Positions 11,430 through 20,912 of a stretch of 21,438 nucleotides of DNA are shown here, piece by piece. The notes under the pieces are model-generated. The model was given only the letters and a program-made list of their open reading frames with translations, was not told the origin of the DNA and ran no database searches. Position 1 is the first letter of the stretch, and each line of letters begins with the position of its first letter. This DNA comes from Octopus sinensis (Eukaryota), in the NCBI RefSeq assembly GCF_006345805.1, contig NW_021823760.1, positions 1 to 21,438 on the forward strand, given 5' to 3'. Made by a program: the position numbers and the translations under genes.

Positions 11430-11795
11430 TTACCTCCGCCTTAACGAAGGCAGAGGTATTGTTTTCAATTGCATTTGTTTGTTTGTCCGTCTGTGGACAA
11501 GATATCTCAAGAACAACTGGATGGATTAGGATGAAACATTCAGGGATATTTGTCCTCTAACTGGCACGAACTGATTAGATTTTGGGATCGATCCGGTGCC
11601 GGAAAAGGATTCTGGATTATTTTTCCGCTTTTTTAATTTAATCTTTGAGAGCGGTCGGGTTCATTTTCAGTATTCTCGTTTATAAGAGCAGTCGAGTTTA
11701 TTTCAGATATTCTCATTTTAAAAATCCTCTCTGGCTAATCGCTGAGAGGACGTTGGTGTTGCCTTGGTGGACGTTTGCGCTCTCTGAGTGATTTT
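11430..11795 (+). mobile_element. Helentron-associated (HINE/DINE-1-like) non-autonomous element
   Basis: 5' hairpin TACCTCCGCCTT-aacg-AAGGCAGAGGTA (11431-11458, 11/12 paired), GTTT/GTCC short repeats, subterminal inverted copy GGTGGACGT (11766-11774), 3' hairpin CGCTC-tct-GAGTG (11778-11790), T-rich flanks. Confidence 0.72.
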
Positions 11796-11799
11796 GTTG

Positions 11800-11852
<53 letters not shown>

Positions 11853-12396
11853 GAGTGAGAGATCAGTGCATTCCATCAAAGTGACACTGGGGTAAAATAT
11901 ACGAAGCCCAATATACCCATCATGACTACCCGTCTGATAAGGGTACACCAGGCACATGCATCACAACCATATGTGCACGACATGGTGATCTCATATCAAG
12001 ATAACAGCACATGACCTTGCAGGTGCGCCCAGTTAGAATTTTCTTCAGGTTGAGTAGCCCATCCCGCTCAAAAGGTCGCTGAATAAGGGTTGTTTTAGGA
12101 TGTTGAAAGAACCACTCATGTTTCCAGAGGTGAATTATTCAAACCCCAAAGAATCCCTCTCAACACATGGCTATGATGCTCCCCCACTACTTCTGCTCGT
12201 GATCAGAGATGCACATATCATCAGCCACTAAGGGACATGCTCAACTGGTTAGGTCAAACAACTGACAAGCAAATCTGTGGTATTGAGCAGAATATTTGCT
12301 GTAGCCCATCTTTTATACCAGACAAAACAATGTACATGATAACACTTCAATCAGTTAAGATCAGCAGCACTGAGAGCCTCTGCCTGGTACTGCATC

Positions 12397-12398
<2 letters not shown>
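11853..12398 (-). mobile_element. Non-coding (TAA)n-associated retro-repeat, copy 2 (longest, ~545 bp)
   Basis: High identity by eye to 14548-15048; (ATT)n on both sides. Confidence 0.86.
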
Positions 12399-12462
<64 letters not shown>

Positions 12463-12599
12463 ATTTCATTATTATATGTAAATACTCCACACTTTATGTC
12501 TGTCTCAGTATTGTCCCCCTTGTGGCAAATAAATAAAATTATTATTATTATTATTATTATTATTATCATTATTATTATTATTATTATTATTAATATTAC

Positions 12600-12645
<46 letters not shown>

Positions 12646-12673
12646 GTTATTATTATTATTATTATTATTATCA

Positions 12674-12710
<37 letters not shown>

Positions 12711-12783
12711 CATTATTATTATTATTATTAATATTATCATTATTATTATTATTATTGTTATTATTGTTATTATTGTTATTATT
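12399..12783. repeat. (ATT)n microsatellite interrupted by a ~78-bp unique segment (12461-12538)
   Basis: Read directly. Confidence 0.92.
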
Positions 12784-12862
12784 GAGTGAGAGAGCAGTGC
12801 ATGCCATCAAAGTGACACTGGGGTAAAATATACGAAGCCCAGTATACCCATCATGACTGCCC
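12784..12862 (-). mobile_element. Non-coding (TAA)n-associated retro-repeat, copy 3 (~80 bp)
   Basis: GAGTGAGAGAGCAGTGCATGCCATCAAAGTGACACTGGGGTAAAATATACGAAGCCC, same left end as the other copies. Confidence 0.85.
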
Positions 12863-13088
12863 ACCTCTCTGTAAATATTCTAGTAGGTTTCTTTTTTCTT
12901 TCCATCTCTACACACCCTTCCACAGCATTTAAGCCTCTCCACCCTAGTCTCTCTTCATATGCAACCGATTTATATCAGCTTTTGGATGGTGGGCTCCATA
13001 CATTGTCAGTAGCTTTCTAGTTTTTTTCTGTCAAGTCCCTGTATGCCGGTTTGGTCCAATCTTCAATTCCACGTCACTTCAATTCTGA

Positions 13089-13128
13089 TGTCACTTTGAA
13101 CACATACTCTGCTCTCTCACTCAATAAT
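13089..13128 (+). mobile_element. 40-bp terminal stub of the (TAA)n-associated repeat, in the opposite orientation
   Basis: TGTCACTTTGAACACATACTCTGCTCTCTCACTCAATAAT matches the reverse complement of the copy 3 end at 35/40 positions. Confidence 0.65.
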
Positions 13129-13593
13129 CTCCTTTCCGCAATTAATATGTGTCTTGCATTTACGGCATCAAAGAAATTTTTAATTCTAATTTGTAATATT
13201 TTCTCACTCTCCTTGTATACTCCCTACTGATAATTTCGTACGCCTCTAGAATTCCCAAATACATAAAGCACTCTACTTTCTTAGCTGCTTTCATTCTTTA
13301 CCCCTTTGATATTTCAATTCCCTAGCTTCTTTCAAATATTCGTCGTTTCATTTTCAATATGGCGCACTTTTCAATCCCAAATTCCATACCTACATCATTT
13401 GAGAAGATTCGAACAGCACGGACATGTCTTTCAAGCTGCCTCTCATTTTTCCCATAAAGCTTTATATCTTCCACAAAATGGAGATGATTTATCTGACCAT
13501 ATCCTTTTCCAGATTATAACCTATCTTAACTACTCGTAATATCAGACTGAGCGGCATCGTGGCCAATACAAATAATAATGGAGATAAGCTATC

Positions 13594-14184
13594 TATTTCT
13601 TTACTACCCACAAGGGGCTAAACACAGAGGGGACAAACAAGGACAGACAAACGGATTAAGTCGATTATATTGACCCCAGTGCGTAACTGGTATTTAATTT
13701 ATCGACCCCGAAAGTATGAAAGACCAAGTCGACCTCGACGGAATTTGAACTCAGAACGTAGTGGCAGACAAAATACCTATTTCTTTACTATCCACAAGGG
13801 GCTAATCACCGAGGGGACAATCAAGGACAAACGGATTAAGTCGATTATATTGACCCCAGTGCGTAACTGGTATTTAATTTATCGACCCCGAAAGTATGAA
13901 AGCCAAAGTCGACCTCGACGGAATTTGAACTCAGAACGTAGTGGCAGACAAAATACCTATTTCTTTACTACCCACAAGGGGCTAAACGCAGAGGGGACAA
14001 ACAAGGACAAACGGATTAAGTCGATTATATCGACCCCAGTGTGTTACTGGTACTTAATTTATCGACCCTGAAAGTATGAAAGCCAAAGTCGACCTCGGCG
14101 GAATTTGAACTCAGAACGTAGCGTCAGACGAAATACTTCTAAGCATTTCGCCCGGCGTGCTAAATTTCTGCCAGCTCGCCGCCT
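13594..14184 (-). mobile_element. SINE family 1 head plus trimer, tail type A, with an 18-bp TSD
   Basis: CTATTTCTTTACTA recurs at 13593, 13777 and 13957. TAATGGAGATAAGCTATC is duplicated at 13576-13593 and 14185-14202. Confidence 0.92.
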
Positions 14185-14547
14185 TAATGGAGATAAGCTA
14201 TCCCCTTCAAATATACCAAATTTGATGTCCACCCTTCCAAGTATTTCTTTTCCTTCAATCAATTCAGTATCTCAATTTATTTACCATTTTTTTCTGTATT
14301 TTCTTTCACCCCAAACATGTTCATTGGTTTACTCATCCAACTGTGTGGCACCAAGCCTTATGTTTTTTCTGTAATCCAACCATGCAACATTCAATCCCGT
14401 CAATCTAAGTCTACAATTTCGAATTATTTTCTCACCAATATTCGGATTTTTGTTGCCATTTTCTGCATCCTTTTTGTTCTACTGGAAGTAGTTTGATATT
14501 TTCCGGATGTGGTTGCTGCTGTTGTTGTTGTTGCTATTATTATTATT

Positions 14548-15048
14548 GAGTGAGGGAGCAGTGCATGCCATCAAAGTGACACTGGGGTAAAATATACGAA
14601 GCCCTGTATACCCATCATGACTACCCGTCTGATAAGGGTACACCAGGCACATGCATCACAACCATATGTGCGCGACATGGTGATCTCATATCAAGATAAA
14701 CAGCGCCTGACCTTGCAGGTGGGGCCCAGTTAGAAATTTTCTTCTGGTCGAATAACCCATCCCACTCGAAAGGTCCCTGAATAAGGATTGTTTAAGGATG
14801 TTGAACGAACCACTCATGTTTCCAAAGGTGAATTATCCAAACCTCTAAGAATTCCTCTCAGCACATATCTATGATGCTCCCCCACTACTTCTGCTCGTGA
14901 TCAGAGATGCACATATCGTCAGCCACTAAGAGACATGGACAACTGGTTAAGGTCAAACAACTGACAAGCAACTGGCAAATACTGAGCAGAATATTTGCTG
15001 CAGTTCATCTTTTATACCATGATAAGACAACGTGCATGATAACATTTC
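14548..15048 (-). mobile_element. Non-coding (TAA)n-associated retro-repeat, copy 4
   Basis: Aligns with copy 2; ATT-rich on both sides. Confidence 0.86.
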
Positions 15049-15130
15049 TATTATTATAATCATAATCCTTATTATTATTATTAACATTATTAATATTATT
15101 ATTATTATTATTATTATCATTATTATTATT

Positions 15131-17545
15131 CTATGTTTGACTTTTGCTTTATATTTGTACAAGTTGGCTCCAAGTCTCACCCAGAGACCTCAAGAGACAA
15201 CAGGGTTGGAAGTTCATGTTGTTGTTATGCCTAGTGTGCCATATATTTGGGGGGTGGGGATGTTGTACTAATGAATGTCTAAAAAAAAAAGGGTTTTTTT
15301 TTTTTTTAAACCGAAAATTATGTTTGTTTTAAACCTTGAGATTACATAGAGAGTATTTTGCGTAGGATATGAGCAGTTCCCATGAGCACTATCTTTTGAA
15401 CTTCTGCCATTTTTGGGTTTCCTGGTATCTGAGTTAGGTAGCTATCAGCCCCTTTTGCTATCATTCCAGGGCACCTATGACAACAGGTATTGTTTTAGTC
15501 TTCAGCTTCCACATTTTGCTGATTTCTATTTCAAGATCTTTATATTTGCTCAGTTTTTGGTAGGTCCTGACAGATACGTTTATATCGATTGGGACAGTCA
15601 TATCAATGAGGAGGCATGTTCTTTGTTTAAAGTCTTTCAATATGATGTCTGGCCTATTTGCATCTATCTTCCTGTCAGTTTGAATGGTGAAGTTCCAGAG
15701 GAGTGAGATGTGGTCATTTTCAAGCACTGGGGGTGGTTTGTGTTCCCACCAGTTTTTTTCATGGGGCAAATCCAGGTTTTACAGATTACCCAGTGAATAT
15801 ATTGTGCAGCTCTATCGTGCCTGTTGAGATACTCTGTAGGCGCTAGAAGACTGCACTTGGAGACCACATGGTCAATGGTTTCATTTTGTTGCTTGCATAC
15901 ACGACACGTTGGACTGCTTCTGATCTTTAATATGTTGGCCTGGTAGTTTCTTGTTGGTAGGCATTGATCTTGAGCTGCTATGATAAACCCCTCTGTTTCA
16001 GATTTTAAGCCAGAGGCCATTAGCCATTGATGGGTCAGGGCTTTGTCGATATCTGCATTATTCGCTCTCTTTGGGTATTTGCCATAGAGAGGTTTTTCTT
16101 GCCATTTATTATTCAGAATATCTAAGGCCGCAGTTTTGGCACGGGTTTTCATGCGCCTAGCTTTTTCTGTGCTTGTTTCTTGTATATCTATCTCTAATTC
16201 CGAAATTGGTTGTATTCGGAATTCACTTAGATATTCCTTTGCCTGTTTTGTGACTGAGTATGATGCTTTCTTGTTTTCATGTTTTGAGACAAGTTTTAAC
16301 ATCTAGTCCTCAGAGTTTTTCAGGTAGGTGTCTAGGCCAATTGTAGCAATCTTCATTGTTATTGCCAGTTGCAAAAGACCACGGCCTCCCTCTTTTCTTG
16401 GCAGATAGAGTCGTTCTGTATCTGCCTTAGGGTGGTGCATTCTATGCATTGTCAACAGTTTCCTTATTTTTCTGTCGAGCTGACATATTTCAGTAATTGA
16501 CCAGTTAACAATATTGAAACTGTAAGTCACGACTGGTATAGCTAATGCATTGATAACTTCGATCCTGTTTCTTGCATTCAGCTCTGTCTTGAGTATTGCT
16601 CTCACTCTTCGATAGCATTCTCTCCTGATCCTTTCCTTCATCTCTGAATGCCTTATTCCGTTCCCTTCAATTACCCCTAGGTACTTGTAGCTCTCCGCTG
16701 GGTCTAGTTCTTTTATGACATTCTGCTGGTCAAGGTTAACGTTAGATGTTTCTGTCATTTTTCCTTTGATAAAGGTAGCTTTTGCACATTTATCGAGGCC
16801 GAATTGCATTCTGATGTCGTCACTGAATTGTTTGACTATCGCTAGTAAGCCCTTGAGTTGTTGGTCATTTTTTGCAAAAAGCTTAAATCATCCATGTAAA
16901 TGAGATGATTTATATTTTTATCAAACATTTTATACCCGTACTGCGCGTCATTGAGCAGCTTTGAGAGAGGTATTAAGGATAAACAAAAGAGGAGTGGTGA
17001 CAGTGAGTCACCCTGGAAAATGCCACACGAATTTTTACATCACCAGCATTTAGGGATTCACTGTCACTGTTCAGAGTTAGTGTGGTTCTCCATGATCTCA
17101 TACTTACAGTCAAGAAGTTTCGCAGAGTTGGTGCTATCTTATACATTTCAAGGCATTTCCTAATCCAGCTATGTGGTAGGCTATCAAAAGCCTTTTTATA
17201 GTCTATCCAGGCTATTGATAAGTTTTTGTGTCGTTTGTGACAATCTTCTAAGATCATCTTATTGATGAGTAGTTGATCTTTACAACCGTAGGATCCACGT
17301 TTACATCCTTTCTGTTCATTAGGGAATATGCTGCTGTCTGTTAAAAAACTATAGGTATATTCCGTCAGGACAGATGTTAGTGTTTTATACATAGTTGTTA
17401 AGCAGGTTATGGGTCTATAGTTTTTTGGTTCATTTGTTTCTTCACTTTTTGGAAGCAGGAATGTTAACCCATTAACTAGCCAAGGAGGCATCCTACTAGG
17501 GTGTTGCAAAACATCATTGTACAGTTCTGTTAGCAGTTCATGGCT
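15131..17545 (-). mobile_element. 5'-truncated R4/Dong-like non-LTR retrotransposon (RT, CCHC, restriction-like endonuclease), disrupted
   Basis: NYRPITCL, EQKGC, WIDYKKAFDS, GIFQGDSLSP, YMDD (16887-16898), YKYLG, GGRGL, CRVC..HVVSKC, RHD, RPDII..LLIDMTVP..K, LMGTAHILRKIL. Stop at 15342-15344, ~210-bp 3' UTR, (TAA)n on both flanks. A few frameshifts and one TAG at 16303-16305. Confidence 0.9.
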
Positions 17546-17555
17546 ATTATTATTA

Positions 17556-17593
<38 letters not shown>

Positions 17594-17860
17594 GCATCAT
17601 GAAAATCTCAGCTTTATTTTGCCGGGTATGATAGAAAAGGTCGGCCGTTCACAGCCACAAGACGAAGGTGACACTTGAGTGCTGATCATGATTCAAGAAT
17701 TCTGCTGAGAACTCTGGCAGTTCCAAGCAATGAGGAATTTGCAGGTGTTCTATTTTTACATTTGCACCAAACTTTTAAACTTATGTCAAGTAGTTGGGTG
17801 CTGATACATCGGACTGTACTAATCACTATCGGTGCTATGTCCACTTTCTTACGATGGTAA
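17594..17860 (-). mobile_element. Old 3' fragment of a related R4/Dong-like element
   Basis: KVDIAPIVIST..SSLLGTARVLSRILES* resembles the TIPVVIGAL..LMGTAHILRKIL* end of the neighbouring element. Followed by a short UTR and (TAA)n at 17545-17593. Confidence 0.68.
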
Positions 17861-18014
17861 CACTCCATAACCATCATGTTTTTTACGCCACTTTCGTCCC
17901 ACGGCGTTTCTAGCATTTGCTTGCCATTCCGTGAGGTGTAAGTTCCGCTTTACTGAGTAATTTCCGCATTGTAAGATGTTCTCCGCCTTCATTATTTTGC
18001 TATTCCAGATTGTA

Positions 18015-18527
18015 CAGTTAACTTCCGATTATTCGGCACCTTTGGGACCTGGAGAGTGCCGGATTATAAATTATCGATACTTTGGTTCACTGTTAGCAAA
18101 GAAACGGAGTAGCTGGTCTCTCTGTTTTTCCTTTTTTTTATGTCGTAAACAGTCGAAGCTCCACCTTTGTATAATTCACGCAATTTTTCACAGACGCACC
18201 CTTGTTAAGTTTTTTCAACAGTTCAACTTTTTCCTTTGTGGTCAATGTATGGTGTAAATTCTTTACACCATGGGAAGCACTTCTTCTATGCATTGGGACC
18301 ATGTAGGGTCTAAAAGGGAAAAAGGTATCACCATAAATGAAAAAAGAAGACAAACTGGAAAGGGCCTGCCCTTATTTACAAATGATGTTTGGATATGCAG
18401 CAAGTAGCACCAACAAATAGTAGCGGCCAGTCGGGTGCAGCCACCCGGGAAACTTGAAATTATTTAAAATTTTTCTAACCGAAATTAGTTCCGGATTACA
18501 GATTCCCGGATTAGTAGGAGCCTACTG
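18015..18527 (-). mobile_element. Tigger/pogo-like DNA transposon deletion derivative
   Basis: TA|CAGT...ACTG|TA ends with imperfect ~24-bp TIRs. The minus strand encodes HTLTTKEKVELLKKLNKGASVK, similar to the CENP-B/psq HTH N-terminus of pogo transposases. Confidence 0.75.
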
Positions 18528-18786
18528 TATAAAGATTATGTATAATGGTAAGGTAATCGATCCAGAAATTTCTTCGAGGGGCGTGTTTGATTCTTGACTA
18601 TGAGATTCGTATCCCCTGATACTGTAATCCGGTTTGATCTACGATAATCGCCATTTATATGCTTTCCAAATAAGCTAAATAAGACTAAAACGATTAAAGG
18701 ACCAAACAGTAACAGTATCACACTGTATAGGAAAATATCTTGAAGATATTTTAACGGGAGGTGGGGGTAACAATCACCCCTGCGCC

Positions 18787-18823
18787 TATATATATATATA
18801 TATATAATATATATATATATATC

Positions 18824-18877
<54 letters not shown>
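18787..18877. repeat. (TA)n microsatellite
   Basis: Read directly. Confidence 0.95.
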
Positions 18878-18879
<2 letters not shown>

Positions 18880-19341
18880 ACAACAATTGAGGAACAGCTA
18901 CAATAGGCCGTTCGACCCAATACGATGACTTTGAAAATTTTAGGTCAGATATTATCCTGGCATAGATATAGCTGCCTCGTGTAATTTCTGTCCCTTCTGG
19001 TTTCTTTACTGATGAGCGCGTTTGCCTTTTGGAAAATTGACTTGATTAAGTTTAATTTAATTTAATTAGGCTGGTTTACCATTAAAAAACGCCGAAACAA
19101 TGCATTGTCTAAAGATGAACAGGGTAAATGTTTTTTTAATTTTTCCTTACATTTCGGAATTACTACTATTTGCGGTTGGAGCCCTGGCTGCTATTTCTAG
19201 TGGGTCGAACGGCCTATTGTAGCCGTTCCTCAATTGTTGTTGAATTTGTTCATAGTCTTTCACTATTTCCTAATTCTCACTAGACCGCTGGCGGCAAAAT
19301 AATTTCTATTGAATTTTTTGCTACCCTAAAATTGATTAATT
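18878..19341 (+). mobile_element. Small hammerhead-bearing element between (TA)n tracts (Penelope pLTR-like or retrozyme-like)
   Basis: Contains a hammerhead motif and a 42-bp inverted repeat (18878-18919 / 19201-19242, 41/42). No ORF in the track. Confidence 0.6.
19003..19115 (+). ncRNA. Type I hammerhead ribozyme with a long stem II
   Basis: Stem I TCTTTA (19003-19008)/TAAAGA (19110-19115); CTGATGA at 19009-19015; stem II G(c)GCGTTT..AAACGCC; GAAA at 19094-19097; stem III ACAA-tgca-TTGT; GUC triplet at 19107-19109. Confidence 0.8.
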
Positions 19342-19376
19342 GATATATATATATATATATATATATCTATACAATA

Positions 19377-19416
<40 letters not shown>

Positions 19417-19540
19417 TATGCATATATATATATTATATATATATGTATATAATATATATAATATATAATATATATATTATATACTATATATATATATTAT
19501 ATTATATATATATATATGTAGTATATATATATATATGTAT
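19342..19540. repeat. Degenerate (TA)n microsatellite
   Basis: Read directly. Confidence 0.93.
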
Positions 19541-19717
19541 AATAAATATTAGGGAATATATCCAAATTTACAGGGAAAAAAATCAGATTTAGGATTAAAT
19601 CCAATTTTATAGTAAAATATTATAAAATATTATTTGAGACAAAACCACTATTTTGCAAAACAAACAAGGAAAGACTTAATCAATACATAAAATTTAATAA
19701 ATAGTCAAAAAAAACCG

Positions 19718-19760
19718 CCACTACAATCGTTTCTTGTCTTGATCGACAATCTTCAGGTGG
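19718..19760 (-). ncRNA. Minimal type I hammerhead ribozyme (Penelope-type)
   Basis: Minus strand reads CCAC-CTGAAGA-TTGTC-gatcaa-GACAA-GAAAC-gatt-GTA-GTGG: complete core, three stems, GUA triplet. Confidence 0.8.
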
Positions 19761-19890
19761 ACTTCCAATCAAAAAATCAAAATTTTAAAATATAAAAATA
19801 ATACTTTTAAATAATAAAGTATAAATGAAAAAATATAAGTATATAATCCATATATAACCTATATAATCCATATCGAAAATATAGACTAAT

Positions 19891-20912
19891 TACCACGAAT
19901 TCCCTAAAAAAAAACCATGATAAAACAAAACTCTTAAAAACATATAACGATAAAATCTCCCTTTCTAAAACTCTATAACAAACCTATAAAGTAAACCCCC
20001 TAACCTAAACATTCACACACAAATACACACACGTAAACCACAAACTCACGACTTTTACACATACCTATACTAACTTATAAACCTCAAATACACCAAAACC
20101 CACTCCTCCCCACACAGACAAATTAACACATACATCCCAAAACCTAAATAACAAACCCATATACACATTCACACACAAACACACACTCACACGCAAAACA
20201 CTCACACACAAAAGATACATATACTCCCTCACATATACGCCTATACATACTCACTAAAACTCGACATATACAACAATACTTACACACCCACAAAAACATT
20301 ATATACATTTATGAGCTTTAACTCACCTTAGCATCTCTAACAAACAACTTGCAGTAACCCAATCCCATTCTCTATGCCTACCTCACTACTACACTATTCA
20401 TTCACATTCCAAGCAACGCTAGTCCACCACCCGGTTATTCACGTGGCAAAACGAACACCACTCAAAAATTATGAATGAAACAATGTAAAAAAAAACCAAC
20501 CACCCTAAAATATACAAATACCACTATTACCTAAAAAAACCATGATAAACCAAAACTCATAAAAAGCATATAACGATAAAATCTCCCTTTGCTAAACCCT
20601 ATAACAAACTTATATAGCAATCCCCCTAACCTAAACATTCACACACAAAAAAACCCACACGTAAACCACAGACCAAGACTTATACACAAACTATACTAAC
20701 TTATAAACCTCAATATACACCAAAAACTCCCTCCCCGCACAGACAAATTAACACATACATCCCAAATCCTAAATAACAAACCCAAATACACATTCACACA
20801 CAAACACACACACACGCAAAACACACACACACAACAGATACATATGCTCCCTCACATATACGCATATACATACTCACTAAAACTCGATATATACAACAAT
20901 ATTTCACCCACA
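19891..20912. repeat. Direct duplication of ~400 bp, offset ~625 bp
   Basis: CCATGATAAA..CATATAACGATAAAATCTCCCTTT..CCCCCTAACCTAAACATTCACACAC begins at 19915 and 20540; copies span ~19891-20290 and ~20519-20912. Confidence 0.88.

Larger units (their letters stand above)
12866..14480 (-). pseudogene. Heavily decayed R4/Dong-like reverse transcriptase fragment, interrupted by a SINE trimer
   Basis: Minus-strand remnants LNVAWLDYRK, GIFEGDSLSP|LLFVLATMPLSLIL (split by the SINE), INHLHFVEDIKLYGKNE and TRKLLTMYGAHHPKADINRL..GGRGL are collinear with motifs of the 15131-17545 element. Confidence 0.82.

Noticed and set aside
13670-14071. 133-aa ORF with internal repeats
   Set aside because: Antisense translation of the SINE trimer.
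18732-18752. Palindrome AAAATATCTT-G-AAGATATTTT
   Set aside because: AT-rich and isolated; no supporting structure or function.
18878-19242. MITE defined by the 42-bp inverted repeat
   Set aside because: The right arm is not at the apparent element end and no TSD flanks the pair; not fully excluded.
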